Assembly: GCA_013151435.1 (NCBI GenBank) | Contig: JAADIH010000108.1 | Span: 1-51,269 of the forward strand | Origin: Alphaproteobacteria bacterium | Lineage (GTDB): Bacteria; Pseudomonadota; Alphaproteobacteria; Caulobacterales; Parvularculaceae | DNA: 51,269 nucleotides | Direction of reading: 5' to 3' | Shown here: one piece after another, positions 18,514 to 27,029 of the stretch | Numbering within the stretch: the first letter of the stretch is position 1 | How the letters are laid out: every line of letters starts with the position of its first letter | Notes under the pieces: generated by a model | Seen by the model: the letters and a program-made list of their open reading frames with translations, nothing else | What the model was told of the DNA's origin: nothing | Databases searched by the model: none | Translations under genes and position numbers: made by a program

Positions 18514-20934
18514 ATGCTTAAATCCTTTGGCGTAGCTTGGTCACGGTTTGTTTTCGAGCGTGCGCTGGTCGTATTGGTTGGCGCTCTCGTCCTTACGTTT
18601 ATTGCGTTGAAATTCGCCGGGGGGATATCAGTATCCACGCGGTTGGAAGAGCTGATGCCAGAGGACGCAAAAAGTGTTCAGACACTAAATTCAGTTCTTA
18701 AAAAAACAGGTAGCTTTGCATCCATACAGATCGTTGCGCAGTCTGACAGTGCAGAGACGACACTAGGTTTTTTACGCGCTGTTAAAACAGAGATCGATCA
18801 TCGCGATTGGGTCGCGTACAGCCACTACTCAGAAAATATAGAAGTCTTGACGCGCCATAAACTTCTTATGCTTGATCTTGATCAGTTGCTAGACTTGGAA
18901 CGCGAGGTTGAGGGTGCATACCCTGTATTCCTGGCCCGAAAACTATCGGAAGCGGTCGGAACCGACGTTACGTATTCTGTGCGCAGTGAAAACGTCTCCG
19001 GGGACTCGCGAACAACCCTAGATCAAGCGCGTATTGATGCGTTGACAGCATCTCTCGACACCTCACCCGAAGCAGAACGTTTTTTTGCGACGCCAGACGG
19101 CCTCACCGCCATTCTTGTCGTCTGGCCGAAACCGGGACTGGACAAGCTCACAGACGCCAAACGGATGGTCGAAGACGCCCGGCAGATATCGCAGAAGTTA
19201 GAGAACTCTAGCGGCGTTAAAATAACCTCCGGCGTGGCGGGGCGCATTGCAAATAAGGTTGCTCAGTTTGATGCTGTTACAGGGGATTTGAAACTTGGCC
19301 TCATATCGGCCATCGGTTTGATTTCAATTCTGATCGGCCTGTCATATCGAAATGTTTTTGCTATCCCAGCCATCATTTTGCCGCTGGCAGTTGGGCTTGT
19401 GTGGACCCTGGGCCTAACGGCTGTTGTGATTGGCAATCTAAATTTAATCACAGTTTTCTTGGTGCTTATTCTGTTTGGGCTCGGCATCGATTTTGGCATT
19501 CACAACTACAGCCGCTACAGGGAAGAACGGCGACGCGGGCGGTGTGTTGAGGAGGCAATCAGAACCATTATAACCCATACTGGCAGGGCGTCTTTAACCG
19601 CAGCGCTAACCACATCACTTGGCTTTCTTTCCTTAACGCTTACAGAATTTCGCGCCTTCTCGGAATTTGGATTTATCGCAGGCATCGGAATCATTCTGAT
19701 CTTTACATCAATGTATTCACTCTTCCCCGCTCTCATCGCGGTGTATGAAAGGCGCGCGTTCTTCGAAACGAAAACCGTCCGGATTTGGAAGAGGACGAGA
19801 AACGCAACGCCCAGGGTCAAAAAACCACGGCCGCAAAGCTTTGCATTACCGATTACAGTTGTGTTGTTCATTTTTGCAGTGACGTTCTTGCCGCAAATCT
19901 CATTTGAGCGAGATTTTAAAAACCTAGAGGCAAGTCAACCCCCTTCCCTCGTATGGGCGACGAAACAAGTCAATCGTATTTTCGGGGGTGGCCATGATCG
20001 CGCAATTGTTGCTGTTAAGACGCTAAACGAACTTGTCGCAATCGATGCATATTTCCGCGAACGCATAGCGACTGAAGAGCAAACGCCAACCATCGAAAAG
20101 ATTTCAAGCGTTCTTGATTATATCCCGCCAGTAGAACTCCAAGACCGACGCCTTGAGGTTATTCACCGTCTGGGTAAGCGTATCGAAGGGCTGAAATTTA
20201 TTGATCAGTCGCTATACAACGCGGCAAAGCAATATCTCGCCATAGACAAGCTTGAAATATCCGATCTTCCGCAAGCACTGCAACGTACATTCGTAGGTAC
20301 AAAAGGCGACCCTGGTTACCTCCTCTATATATATAACTCCGTCAGCATGGACGACAGCGTTCTTGCGCGTGAGTTCTATGATGATGCTGCATCTTTTCGC
20401 GTGAACGGAAAAGACTACGCCGCCGCATCAGAGGGCTTCATTTTTGTTGAAATGATCGCGTTGATGAAAGCTGATGCGATGAAAGCCATTAGTCTTGTGA
20501 CCCTGTCAACTGCGTTGTTAATCCTCTTATTCACGCGAAGCCTGAGAGCTACGGCTATTATCCTTGCGCCGCCAATATTGGGCGTACTCGTTACTTTGGG
20601 GATTATGGGTGCGACGGGACTTTCCCTGTCGATTGTGAATATGGTGATCCTCCCGTCGCTGATTGGCATTTCTGTTGATAACACCATTCATATTTTTCAT
20701 CGCTTCGATAGCGAAGGATCTGCGGCGGACATTTCGCAAATAATGAGCTCAACCGGGCGCGCTGCTGTGTTGACCACGCTGACAACGCTGATCGGGTTTG
20801 GCGGCCTCGTAACGGCTTCCATGGGCGGTCTTCGGTCCATGGGGTTGCTCGCAATCATTGGTTTTACGACATGCCTTGTAACGACTTGGTGGCTGCTGCC
20901 TAACTTGTTGAAACTGTACCGCCAAAAGGCGTAA
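18514..20934 (+). CDS. MMPL/RND-family lipid exporter
   Basis: Two RND-like halves with GLGIDFGIH and GISVDNTIH. The ATG at 18514 follows AAGGA. Confidence 0.88.
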   Translation: MLKSFGVAWSRFVFERALVVLVGALVLTFIALKFAGGISVSTRLEELMPEDAKSVQTLNSVLKKTGSFASIQIVAQSDSAETTLGFLRAVKTEIDHRDWVAYSHYSENIEVLTRHKLLMLDLDQLLDLEREVEGAYPVFLARKLSEAVGTDVTYSVRSENVSGDSRTTLDQARIDALTASLDTSPEAERFFATPDGLTAILVVWPKPGLDKLTDAKRMVEDARQISQKLENSSGVKITSGVAGRIANKVAQFDAVTGDLKLGLISAIGLISILIGLSYRNVFAIPAIILPLAVGLVWTLGLTAVVIGNLNLITVFLVLILFGLGIDFGIHNYSRYREERRRGRCVEEAIRTIITHTGRASLTAALTTSLGFLSLTLTEFRAFSEFGFIAGIGIILIFTSMYSLFPALIAVYERRAFFETKTVRIWKRTRNATPRVKKPRPQSFALPITVVLFIFAVTFLPQISFERDFKNLEASQPPSLVWATKQVNRIFGGGHDRAIVAVKTLNELVAIDAYFRERIATEEQTPTIEKISSVLDYIPPVELQDRRLEVIHRLGKRIEGLKFIDQSLYNAAKQYLAIDKLEISDLPQALQRTFVGTKGDPGYLLYIYNSVSMDDSVLAREFYDDAASFRVNGKDYAAASEGFIFVEMIALMKADAMKAISLVTLSTALLILLFTRSLRATAIILAPPILGVLVTLGIMGATGLSLSIVNMVILPSLIGISVDNTIHIFHRFDSEGSAADISQIMSSTGRAAVLTTLTTLIGFGGLVTASMGGLRSMGLLAIIGFTTCLVTTWWLLPNLLKLYRQKA

Positions 20935-20950
20935 CTATTGGAAGGTTGTT

Positions 20951-21712
20951 TTGTCTCAAATTAAAGATTGTCTAATTATTGCGGCTGGAAAAGGAACGCG
21001 GCTAAAGGGACGCGGCGATTTGAAACCGCTTGTCGATCTTTGCGGCGCGCCATTGATCGAGCATGCAATGCTTGCCACCGCGAACGCAGGGGTTCAAAAT
21101 TTCGTTGTCGTAACCGGCTACCGAGCCGATATTCTTGCCGGTTTTCTCAAGCGCCTTGGCGAAAGAAGAAATTGGAATATCGAAACTGTTTACAATCCTG
21201 ATTTTGAAAAAGAAAACGGGCTATCCGTTGTGTTAGGTAAAAATTATCTTCGCGATGAATTTTTTCTCACAATGTGTGATCATGTTGTCGAGACACGTCT
21301 TTATGAAGAATTGCTGGAAGCAAAATTACCGAAGGACGCCGTGGCCTTGGGCGTTGACATGAGGTTGTCAAATCCAGACGTTGATATCGACGATGTTACT
21401 AAGGTTCAGATGAGCGGCGACAAAATACATGAGATCGGCAAGAACCTTACAACCTATAATGCATTTGACACTGGTGTTTTTCGCGCCAATCCGACGCTCT
21501 TTTCAGCAATCCTGCAAAGCCAAGCGAGTATCGGAGACTGCAGTATTTCAGGCGGAATGAGGCTGTTAGCACAAAACAGGCAGGCATTCGCAATTGATGT
21601 TGGGACGTCGCGCTGGATTGATGTGGACAGCCCGCAGATGCTTTGCAAAGCCCAAAAATGGTTTGACCGCCGAGCACCACGCACCCATGCGAAGAATATT
21701 TCATCAATGTAA
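20951..21712 (+). CDS. Nucleotidyltransferase, IPCT (CTP:inositol-1-phosphate cytidylyltransferase)/LicC-like
   Basis: IIAAGKGTRL..KPL, ENGLS, MCDH, DDVTKV, FDTGVF and WIDVDSP motifs. The specific activity is inferred from context. Confidence 0.8.
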   Translation: MSQIKDCLIIAAGKGTRLKGRGDLKPLVDLCGAPLIEHAMLATANAGVQNFVVVTGYRADILAGFLKRLGERRNWNIETVYNPDFEKENGLSVVLGKNYLRDEFFLTMCDHVVETRLYEELLEAKLPKDAVALGVDMRLSNPDVDIDDVTKVQMSGDKIHEIGKNLTTYNAFDTGVFRANPTLFSAILQSQASIGDCSISGGMRLLAQNRQAFAIDVGTSRWIDVDSPQMLCKAQKWFDRRAPRTHAKNISSM

Positions 21713-21761
21713 ACGCTTGAGGCGGGTGCAGAAAAACTTGCAGCCAAGCCTGTGCTCACGA

Positions 21762-21983
21762 TTAGCGTAAGGCGCCGTACACTAATATGCTAACAATCAC
21801 GGCGAATGCGATCCGGTCCCAGAATTTCATTCTGGGATTCTCAGATGTTGACCCGCTCCGCCGGCCCTGTGCGCGCCATTTTGCGTTAAATCGCGTCGTG
21901 TGGCGAGGTATCGCTGCTATTGGCTCTTTGTTTTCATTTGTTATGGGTATTTCTGGTCTCATTACTAATGAGACGACGCGCAT
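21762..21983 (-). CDS. Possible small membrane protein
   Basis: 73-aa ORF with one C-terminal hydrophobic helix, filling an intergenic gap. No family recognised. Confidence 0.25.
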   Translation of the reverse strand: MRVVSLVMRPEIPITNENKEPIAAIPRHTTRFNAKWRAQGRRSGSTSENPRMKFWDRIAFAVIVSILVYGALR

Positions 21984-22180
21984 AAGATATCACCTCTATC
22001 GGCCAGTTGATATGCAGACGGAGTGTCGTTAACATATATTCGATACGGCGCTTGCTGTCATGAATATGCCTATGACGAAGTTGGCCGGAAAAAACCACTA
22101 TCGGCGGTAGAAAATTATTTTGATGCCTGAGAGTACGGTTTTGGGCATAGTGTAAGAAATAGTCGCAGCAATTGTTGTTC

Positions 22181-22714
22181 ATGAACGATATTGTATCCCC
22201 AATAATAGAGCTGTTTCGAGATCGGCGCGCAATTTTTTTGCGTGTACTCACACGGCGCTTGGGAAACGTCGATGAAGCTGAAGAAATTTTACAGGAAGCG
22301 TTTATAAATTTTGACCGTGCGGCGAAGACCGAGAAAATTGCCAATCCGGACGGCTACCTCATGAAGATTGCGCTGAATCTCGCCGTAGATCGGATTAGAC
22401 AGGATGCGAGCCGGCGGCGGAGAGAGGAAAGTTGGTTTGAGACTAATTCGGCAGACCGGATTGGCGGCGACCATGTTTCCCCTATACCGCAACAAGATCA
22501 GGCGTTGGCCGCAAAGCAAACCATGGCGCGGTTGGGACACTGCCTTGAAGAGCTGTCGCCAACGGTCCGTACCGCGTTTATCCTTCATAAAATTCAAGGG
22601 TTAACCCACAATGAAACAGCGGAGGAAATGAGGCTGAGCAAAAGCACGGTTGAAAAACATATTATGAAAGCCATGAAGCACGTGATGGAGAACATGTCGG
22701 ACTTGGCGCTATGA
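22181..22714 (+). CDS. ECF sigma-70 factor (FecI-like)
   Basis: AEEILQEAF and YLMKIALNLAVDRIR (region 2); THNETAEEMRLSKSTVEKHIMKA (region 4). Confidence 0.92.
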   Translation: MNDIVSPIIELFRDRRAIFLRVLTRRLGNVDEAEEILQEAFINFDRAAKTEKIANPDGYLMKIALNLAVDRIRQDASRRRREESWFETNSADRIGGDHVSPIPQQDQALAAKQTMARLGHCLEELSPTVRTAFILHKIQGLTHNETAEEMRLSKSTVEKHIMKAMKHVMENMSDLAL

Positions 22715-22802
22715 ATTCTTATTTCATGAACTCAGCAGCCAATACGGTAGAGGCTCATACACCGCTGAACCGTCATTATAGCGAGGGAGTAACGCTAGGG
22801 CC

Positions 22803-23831
22803 GTGAATCGTACACAGTGGCATAACTTAAGCGAAAGCGCGCAAGTCGCGGCTACCCATTGGCATGTGCGTCTCACATCCAGCGATGCGACGGAAGAGGA
22901 GTATGAAGCTTTTGCGTCGTGGCTCGCTGCTGATGCTGAACATGCCGTCGCATATTCCTGTATCGAAACACTTTCAGGACAAATTGAAATCTTAGCCAGG
23001 CACGATAATACCGGCCTGGACCACCTCATAGAGGACAACAAAACACCCGTTGCGCCCCCATCCGCCTATACGCGTTCCTTTCCACCGCGATATGCGATCG
23101 CCGCATCACTTGCGGTAGTTTTTGCCGTAGCGGCTGCGTTTGTCGGCTATAACCGCCTTAACCCTGCCATAGAACAATTCGCCATTGCCGCACCTGCTGC
23201 TCAGTTTCATACCGCACGCCTTAGCGACGGCTCTACGATCGTGCTGGCGCCAGGCGCTGAATTGAAAGGGGAGTTTAGCAAGAGCCAGCGGCGCATCATT
23301 TACCTTTCCGGCGTGAGTTTCTTTGATGTTGAAAGCAACCTCAAACGACCGTTTTCAATTGCACTTGCAAAGCAAACAATAACCGTTGTCGGTACAAAAT
23401 TTGAAATTGCTTCGTTTGATAACCACCAATCAGTGGCCGTAGCCGAAGGCGTTGTCGCGGTGAGCCCGGTCCGTGCTGCGAAAGAAACTGGAACCCGCCT
23501 TTCCGCTGGCGAACAGATGTTGTTTTCTAATACGGCGCCAGAGGGCGTTCGTTCTACAACGCCGCTTATGGAGATTGGCGTATGGCGCGCAGGTTACTTT
23601 GAATTCGGCGACGCGGATGTCGAAATGATCGCGGGTAAGCTCAATGAGTTTTATGGCCGCCCTTTATATGTCGTTGATCAGGACACTGTGTCGGACGTTC
23701 GCTTTAGTGGCATCATAACATTGTCCGACCCTGCCGGAACGGCGCAAAGGTTGAGCGAGCTGATGCCCCTCGAGGCGATAACAACGGAAAATGGATTTTT
23801 ATTGACGAGGGCGCGCGAAGCGCAGGAGTGA
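22803..23831 (+). CDS. FecR-family anti-sigma/transmembrane sensor
   Basis: AATHWHVRL...FASWLAADAEH N-domain, one TM helix, LSDGS and VVGTKF motifs. Confidence 0.92.
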   Translation: MNRTQWHNLSESAQVAATHWHVRLTSSDATEEEYEAFASWLAADAEHAVAYSCIETLSGQIEILARHDNTGLDHLIEDNKTPVAPPSAYTRSFPPRYAIAASLAVVFAVAAAFVGYNRLNPAIEQFAIAAPAAQFHTARLSDGSTIVLAPGAELKGEFSKSQRRIIYLSGVSFFDVESNLKRPFSIALAKQTITVVGTKFEIASFDNHQSVAVAEGVVAVSPVRAAKETGTRLSAGEQMLFSNTAPEGVRSTTPLMEIGVWRAGYFEFGDADVEMIAGKLNEFYGRPLYVVDQDTVSDVRFSGIITLSDPAGTAQRLSELMPLEAITTENGFLLTRAREAQE

Positions 23832-23962
23832 TACGCACATACATTACCCAACTGTGGCGGCGTCGAATGGCAGATGCTTCTTAACATGCCGCACGGGTAG
23901 TATATGGCGGATATGCCGCGCAAAGTGCTTGCGGGGGCTCTCAGAAATTGCACTATGAACAC

Positions 23963-26371
23963 ATGGTGCGTTGGCTCGTTTTATCTGGAATTTGGGTGAT
24001 GGTCGCAGGACCGCTCGCGGTATATGCCGCAGAGCCAACGTCGCCGGCGCAATACCAAATCCCAGCAATGCCGTTGAGAGAAGCGCTGACCAATCTTGCG
24101 GAGATTGCAAGGATTTCGATCGCATATAACGGGGCAAACATTGAAAATTATCGAAGTGGGTACGTTCTCAATGCCGCCAACGCAGCGGATGCGCTGGAGA
24201 TCATCCTCTCACGCACGCCTTTCAGTTTTGAATTTACTGGAGATCACACCGTCAAGCTGATTCCCCGTGCAGCTGATCATGTGGAACAAATGACGCCTGC
24301 GAAAACACCGACAGCACAGCCGGACCTGATATTGGTGACCGCGACAAAGCGCGAGGCTTATACGCAAAAGCTACCCGTCAGTATTTCAACCGTAGACGGG
24401 CGTACGCTCTCTCGCTGGGGCATGCGGAATTTTAATGCGCTCGCTCCGAAACTTGCAGGCGTGTCTTTCACCAATCTCGGGCCCAGCCGCAACAAGATAT
24501 TTCTTCGTGGTATTTCTGATGGGGCTTTTGCTGATCGCACACAATCAACTGTGGGAGTTTATCTCGACGAAACACGGATTATCTTCAATGATACTAATCC
24601 AGATATTCGCCTCATCGACCTGGAACGCATCGAAGTAGTGCGTGGCCCGCAAGGCACGCTTTATGGCGACGGGTCTGTCGGCGGGATATTTCGGATCATC
24701 ACAAAAAAACCCGCACTTGACGAATATGCTGGTTACCTTCGAGCTTCGGGATCGGTGACAGAAAGCGGCGGCAGTAATGGAACTATCGATGGCGCGATAA
24801 ATCTGCCCTTGGCGCCAGAACGGTTTGGATTACGCATTTCCGGATACCGCGAAAGCGCCAGCGGCTATATCGACAATGTCGGCACAGGCGAAGAAAACGT
24901 CAACGGTTCAAACATATTCGGCGGGCGCGTCGCCGGAAGACTAAAACTTGCAGAAAGTTGGACCCTTGATGGCGCCGCGAATTTACAAACCGTTAATCTG
25001 GCCGACTCTCAGTATACATTCTCGAATCTCGGCGGGTTGCGTCGCGCTACATCAGCACGAGAGCCTTACCGTGATGATATTAAAATCTACAGCTTGACGC
25101 TAAGAGGCGACATAGCCGGCGCGCGCATCACATCATCAACCGCCTTCGTGCAACGCAATGTGAAAACCACCTTCGATGCAACAGCAGCCCTGCCAGCGTT
25201 AATAAACGATACCAGTGCGGAAGGATTTTTTGAAACTTCCAGTAATATTGAAACCTTCACCCACGAAACGCGTATCGTATCAGATCAAGGTGGCGGCTTT
25301 GATTGGCTCGCTGGCGTATTTGTGGCGAGACGTGATGAAAAGTTATTCTCACGCCTTGTAGCAAATAACCTGACACCGACAGAACTGGCGTTTTTCAGCA
25401 ACCGTAACGATGGAATCGATGAAACTGCGCTATTCGGTGAAGCATCGGCGTACATAATTGACAAGGTTAAATTTACCGCGGGCTTGCGTTGGTCGCGGAC
25501 GGAATATGATATTAATGTTGCATCAGGCGGGATCGCGAATGCCGGCGTAGATGGGTTAGTCGATTCGCGCAAACGCTCCAGTTTTTCTCCAAAAATTGCT
25601 CTCTCCTATCAGTACTCAGATGATATCTTATTTTACACACAAGCCTCCCAAGGCTCACGCATAGGCGGTTTCAACGTCAACACTCCGCTTGAGGCGATTA
25701 CTGATCTCGGTCCAGATGATAGCGTAACAGTATTTGAATCTGATACTCTATGGAACACGGAGATCGGTTTGAAGTCGTCCTGGCTTGACGACAGCGTCAT
25801 TTTCAATGCTGCGGTATTTTACGTTTTCTGGACTGAAATTCAGACTGACCAAATTTTACCGTCTGGTTTTTCATTTATCACAAATGCCGGCCAGGCGAGA
25901 AACTTGGGGTTTGAAGCAGAATTGACAGCACGGCCTTTTCCTAATGTCGAATTATCCAGCGCTTTCTTTTGGAATAACCCTGAACTTACAGAAGCGAACC
26001 CCTTTCTCGGCGCCGACGCTGGCGACAAATTACCAAATATAGCCGCCGTATCGGCGAGCGCCGGCGCCACTATTGAATTTCCGATAGCTGGAAAATGGAA
26101 TGGGTTGCTGGCCGCCGATTATAGCTATGTCGGCGAGTCTTTTCTAACTTTTGCAGAGGATATTGCCCCGACAATGGGTGGTTACCATGTCGGAAATATT
26201 CGCCTCACTGCACAACTGAATAACCTTCGCACAGGCATCTATGTAGACAATGTTTGGAACACGCGCGGCAATACTTTTGCGTTTGGCAATCCGTTCAGCT
26301 TAGCTAATCAGCCCCAGGAAACACCGTTGCGCCCGCGCACCATGGGTGTTTTTCTGGAGAAGCAGTTTTAG
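23963..26371 (+). CDS. TonB-dependent receptor with N-terminal signalling (STN) domain
   Basis: Signal peptide, YQIPAMPLREAL STN domain, TonB box ILVTATKR, plug RIEVVRGPQGTLYG and C-terminal Phe. Confidence 0.93.
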   Translation: MVRWLVLSGIWVMVAGPLAVYAAEPTSPAQYQIPAMPLREALTNLAEIARISIAYNGANIENYRSGYVLNAANAADALEIILSRTPFSFEFTGDHTVKLIPRAADHVEQMTPAKTPTAQPDLILVTATKREAYTQKLPVSISTVDGRTLSRWGMRNFNALAPKLAGVSFTNLGPSRNKIFLRGISDGAFADRTQSTVGVYLDETRIIFNDTNPDIRLIDLERIEVVRGPQGTLYGDGSVGGIFRIITKKPALDEYAGYLRASGSVTESGGSNGTIDGAINLPLAPERFGLRISGYRESASGYIDNVGTGEENVNGSNIFGGRVAGRLKLAESWTLDGAANLQTVNLADSQYTFSNLGGLRRATSAREPYRDDIKIYSLTLRGDIAGARITSSTAFVQRNVKTTFDATAALPALINDTSAEGFFETSSNIETFTHETRIVSDQGGGFDWLAGVFVARRDEKLFSRLVANNLTPTELAFFSNRNDGIDETALFGEASAYIIDKVKFTAGLRWSRTEYDINVASGGIANAGVDGLVDSRKRSSFSPKIALSYQYSDDILFYTQASQGSRIGGFNVNTPLEAITDLGPDDSVTVFESDTLWNTEIGLKSSWLDDSVIFNAAVFYVFWTEIQTDQILPSGFSFITNAGQARNLGFEAELTARPFPNVELSSAFFWNNPELTEANPFLGADAGDKLPNIAAVSASAGATIEFPIAGKWNGLLAADYSYVGESFLTFAEDIAPTMGGYHVGNIRLTAQLNNLRTGIYVDNVWNTRGNTFAFGNPFSLANQPQETPLRPRTMGVFLEKQF

Positions 26372-26462
26372 GCAATATGCTTGTAGGTGTATGATATTCC
26401 TTGTTGAGTTTAATCTCGATATCAGCACCCGTCATATTGACATGAACAGTATTTTCGCCCCC

Positions 26463-26551
26463 GACCGCGAAGGCGGTCAGACCATAATCAGCGCGCCTTC
26501 GCGCGCAGACCGCGAAGGCGGTCAGATCATTATCAGCGCGCCTTCGCGCGC
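26463..26551. repeat. Near-perfect 2 x 45-bp tandem repeat with internal hairpins
   Basis: GACCGCGAAGGCGGTCAGA(C/T)CAT(A/T)ATCAGCGCGCCTTCGCGCGC at 26463 and 26508. Confidence 0.9.
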
Positions 26552-26598
26552 GGGCCGGCGGCTGCCAAGTTTAACCCATCCGCTCGAGCGCATGACGG

Positions 26599-26733
26599 CT
26601 AGTCTGCAATCTCAATTTTAATAATCTCGCCTGTGGATGCGGCAATCACGACTTCCATTTCTGCTCCGTCGTGCGTCACTGTTTCCACTTCGAAGACATA
26701 CCCGCTATCTTCATCTTCGAATTCTGCCTTCAC
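26599..26733 (-). pseudogene. 5'-truncated PepSY-domain gene remnant (not in ORF track)
   Basis: Translates VKAEFEDEDSGYVFEVETVTHDGAEMEVVIAASTGEIIKIEIAD*, a PepSY-like pattern, preceded by an in-frame stop. Confidence 0.6.
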
Positions 26734-27029
26734 TTATAGGGAATGCCCGCCTCATTCGCTTTATTAGGATGCAAGGCAGCCCACGATAAGTTCCGTTACA
26801 TGCAATACTTCCCGGACAGGAAACGGGCGAACGCAGATACGTTCGACGACGCCAAACATTCCACGCCCCAAAAAGCGTCACTCATAAACAGTTCTGCTGT
26901 CCGATTGCATTACAGGAACAAATGACGTTAGCTTTGTAGCCTGTCCGTAAAACCGGGCGCTGCTTCAGCAAAAGGTAATTGACAGCTAGCTGTGATAAAA
27001 CCAACAAAGAAAAACATGCAAAAATAATC

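Noticed and set aside
14859-21712. Plain di-myo-inositol-phosphate compatible-solute operon
   Set aside because: Not excluded, but disfavoured because a flippase and an MMPL exporter are embedded in the cluster and no phosphatase is present.
26346-26621. 91-aa ORF with a repeated peptide DREGGQ.IISAPSRA
   Set aside because: It is simply a translation of the 45-bp DNA duplication and overlaps the TBDR end, with no coding evidence.
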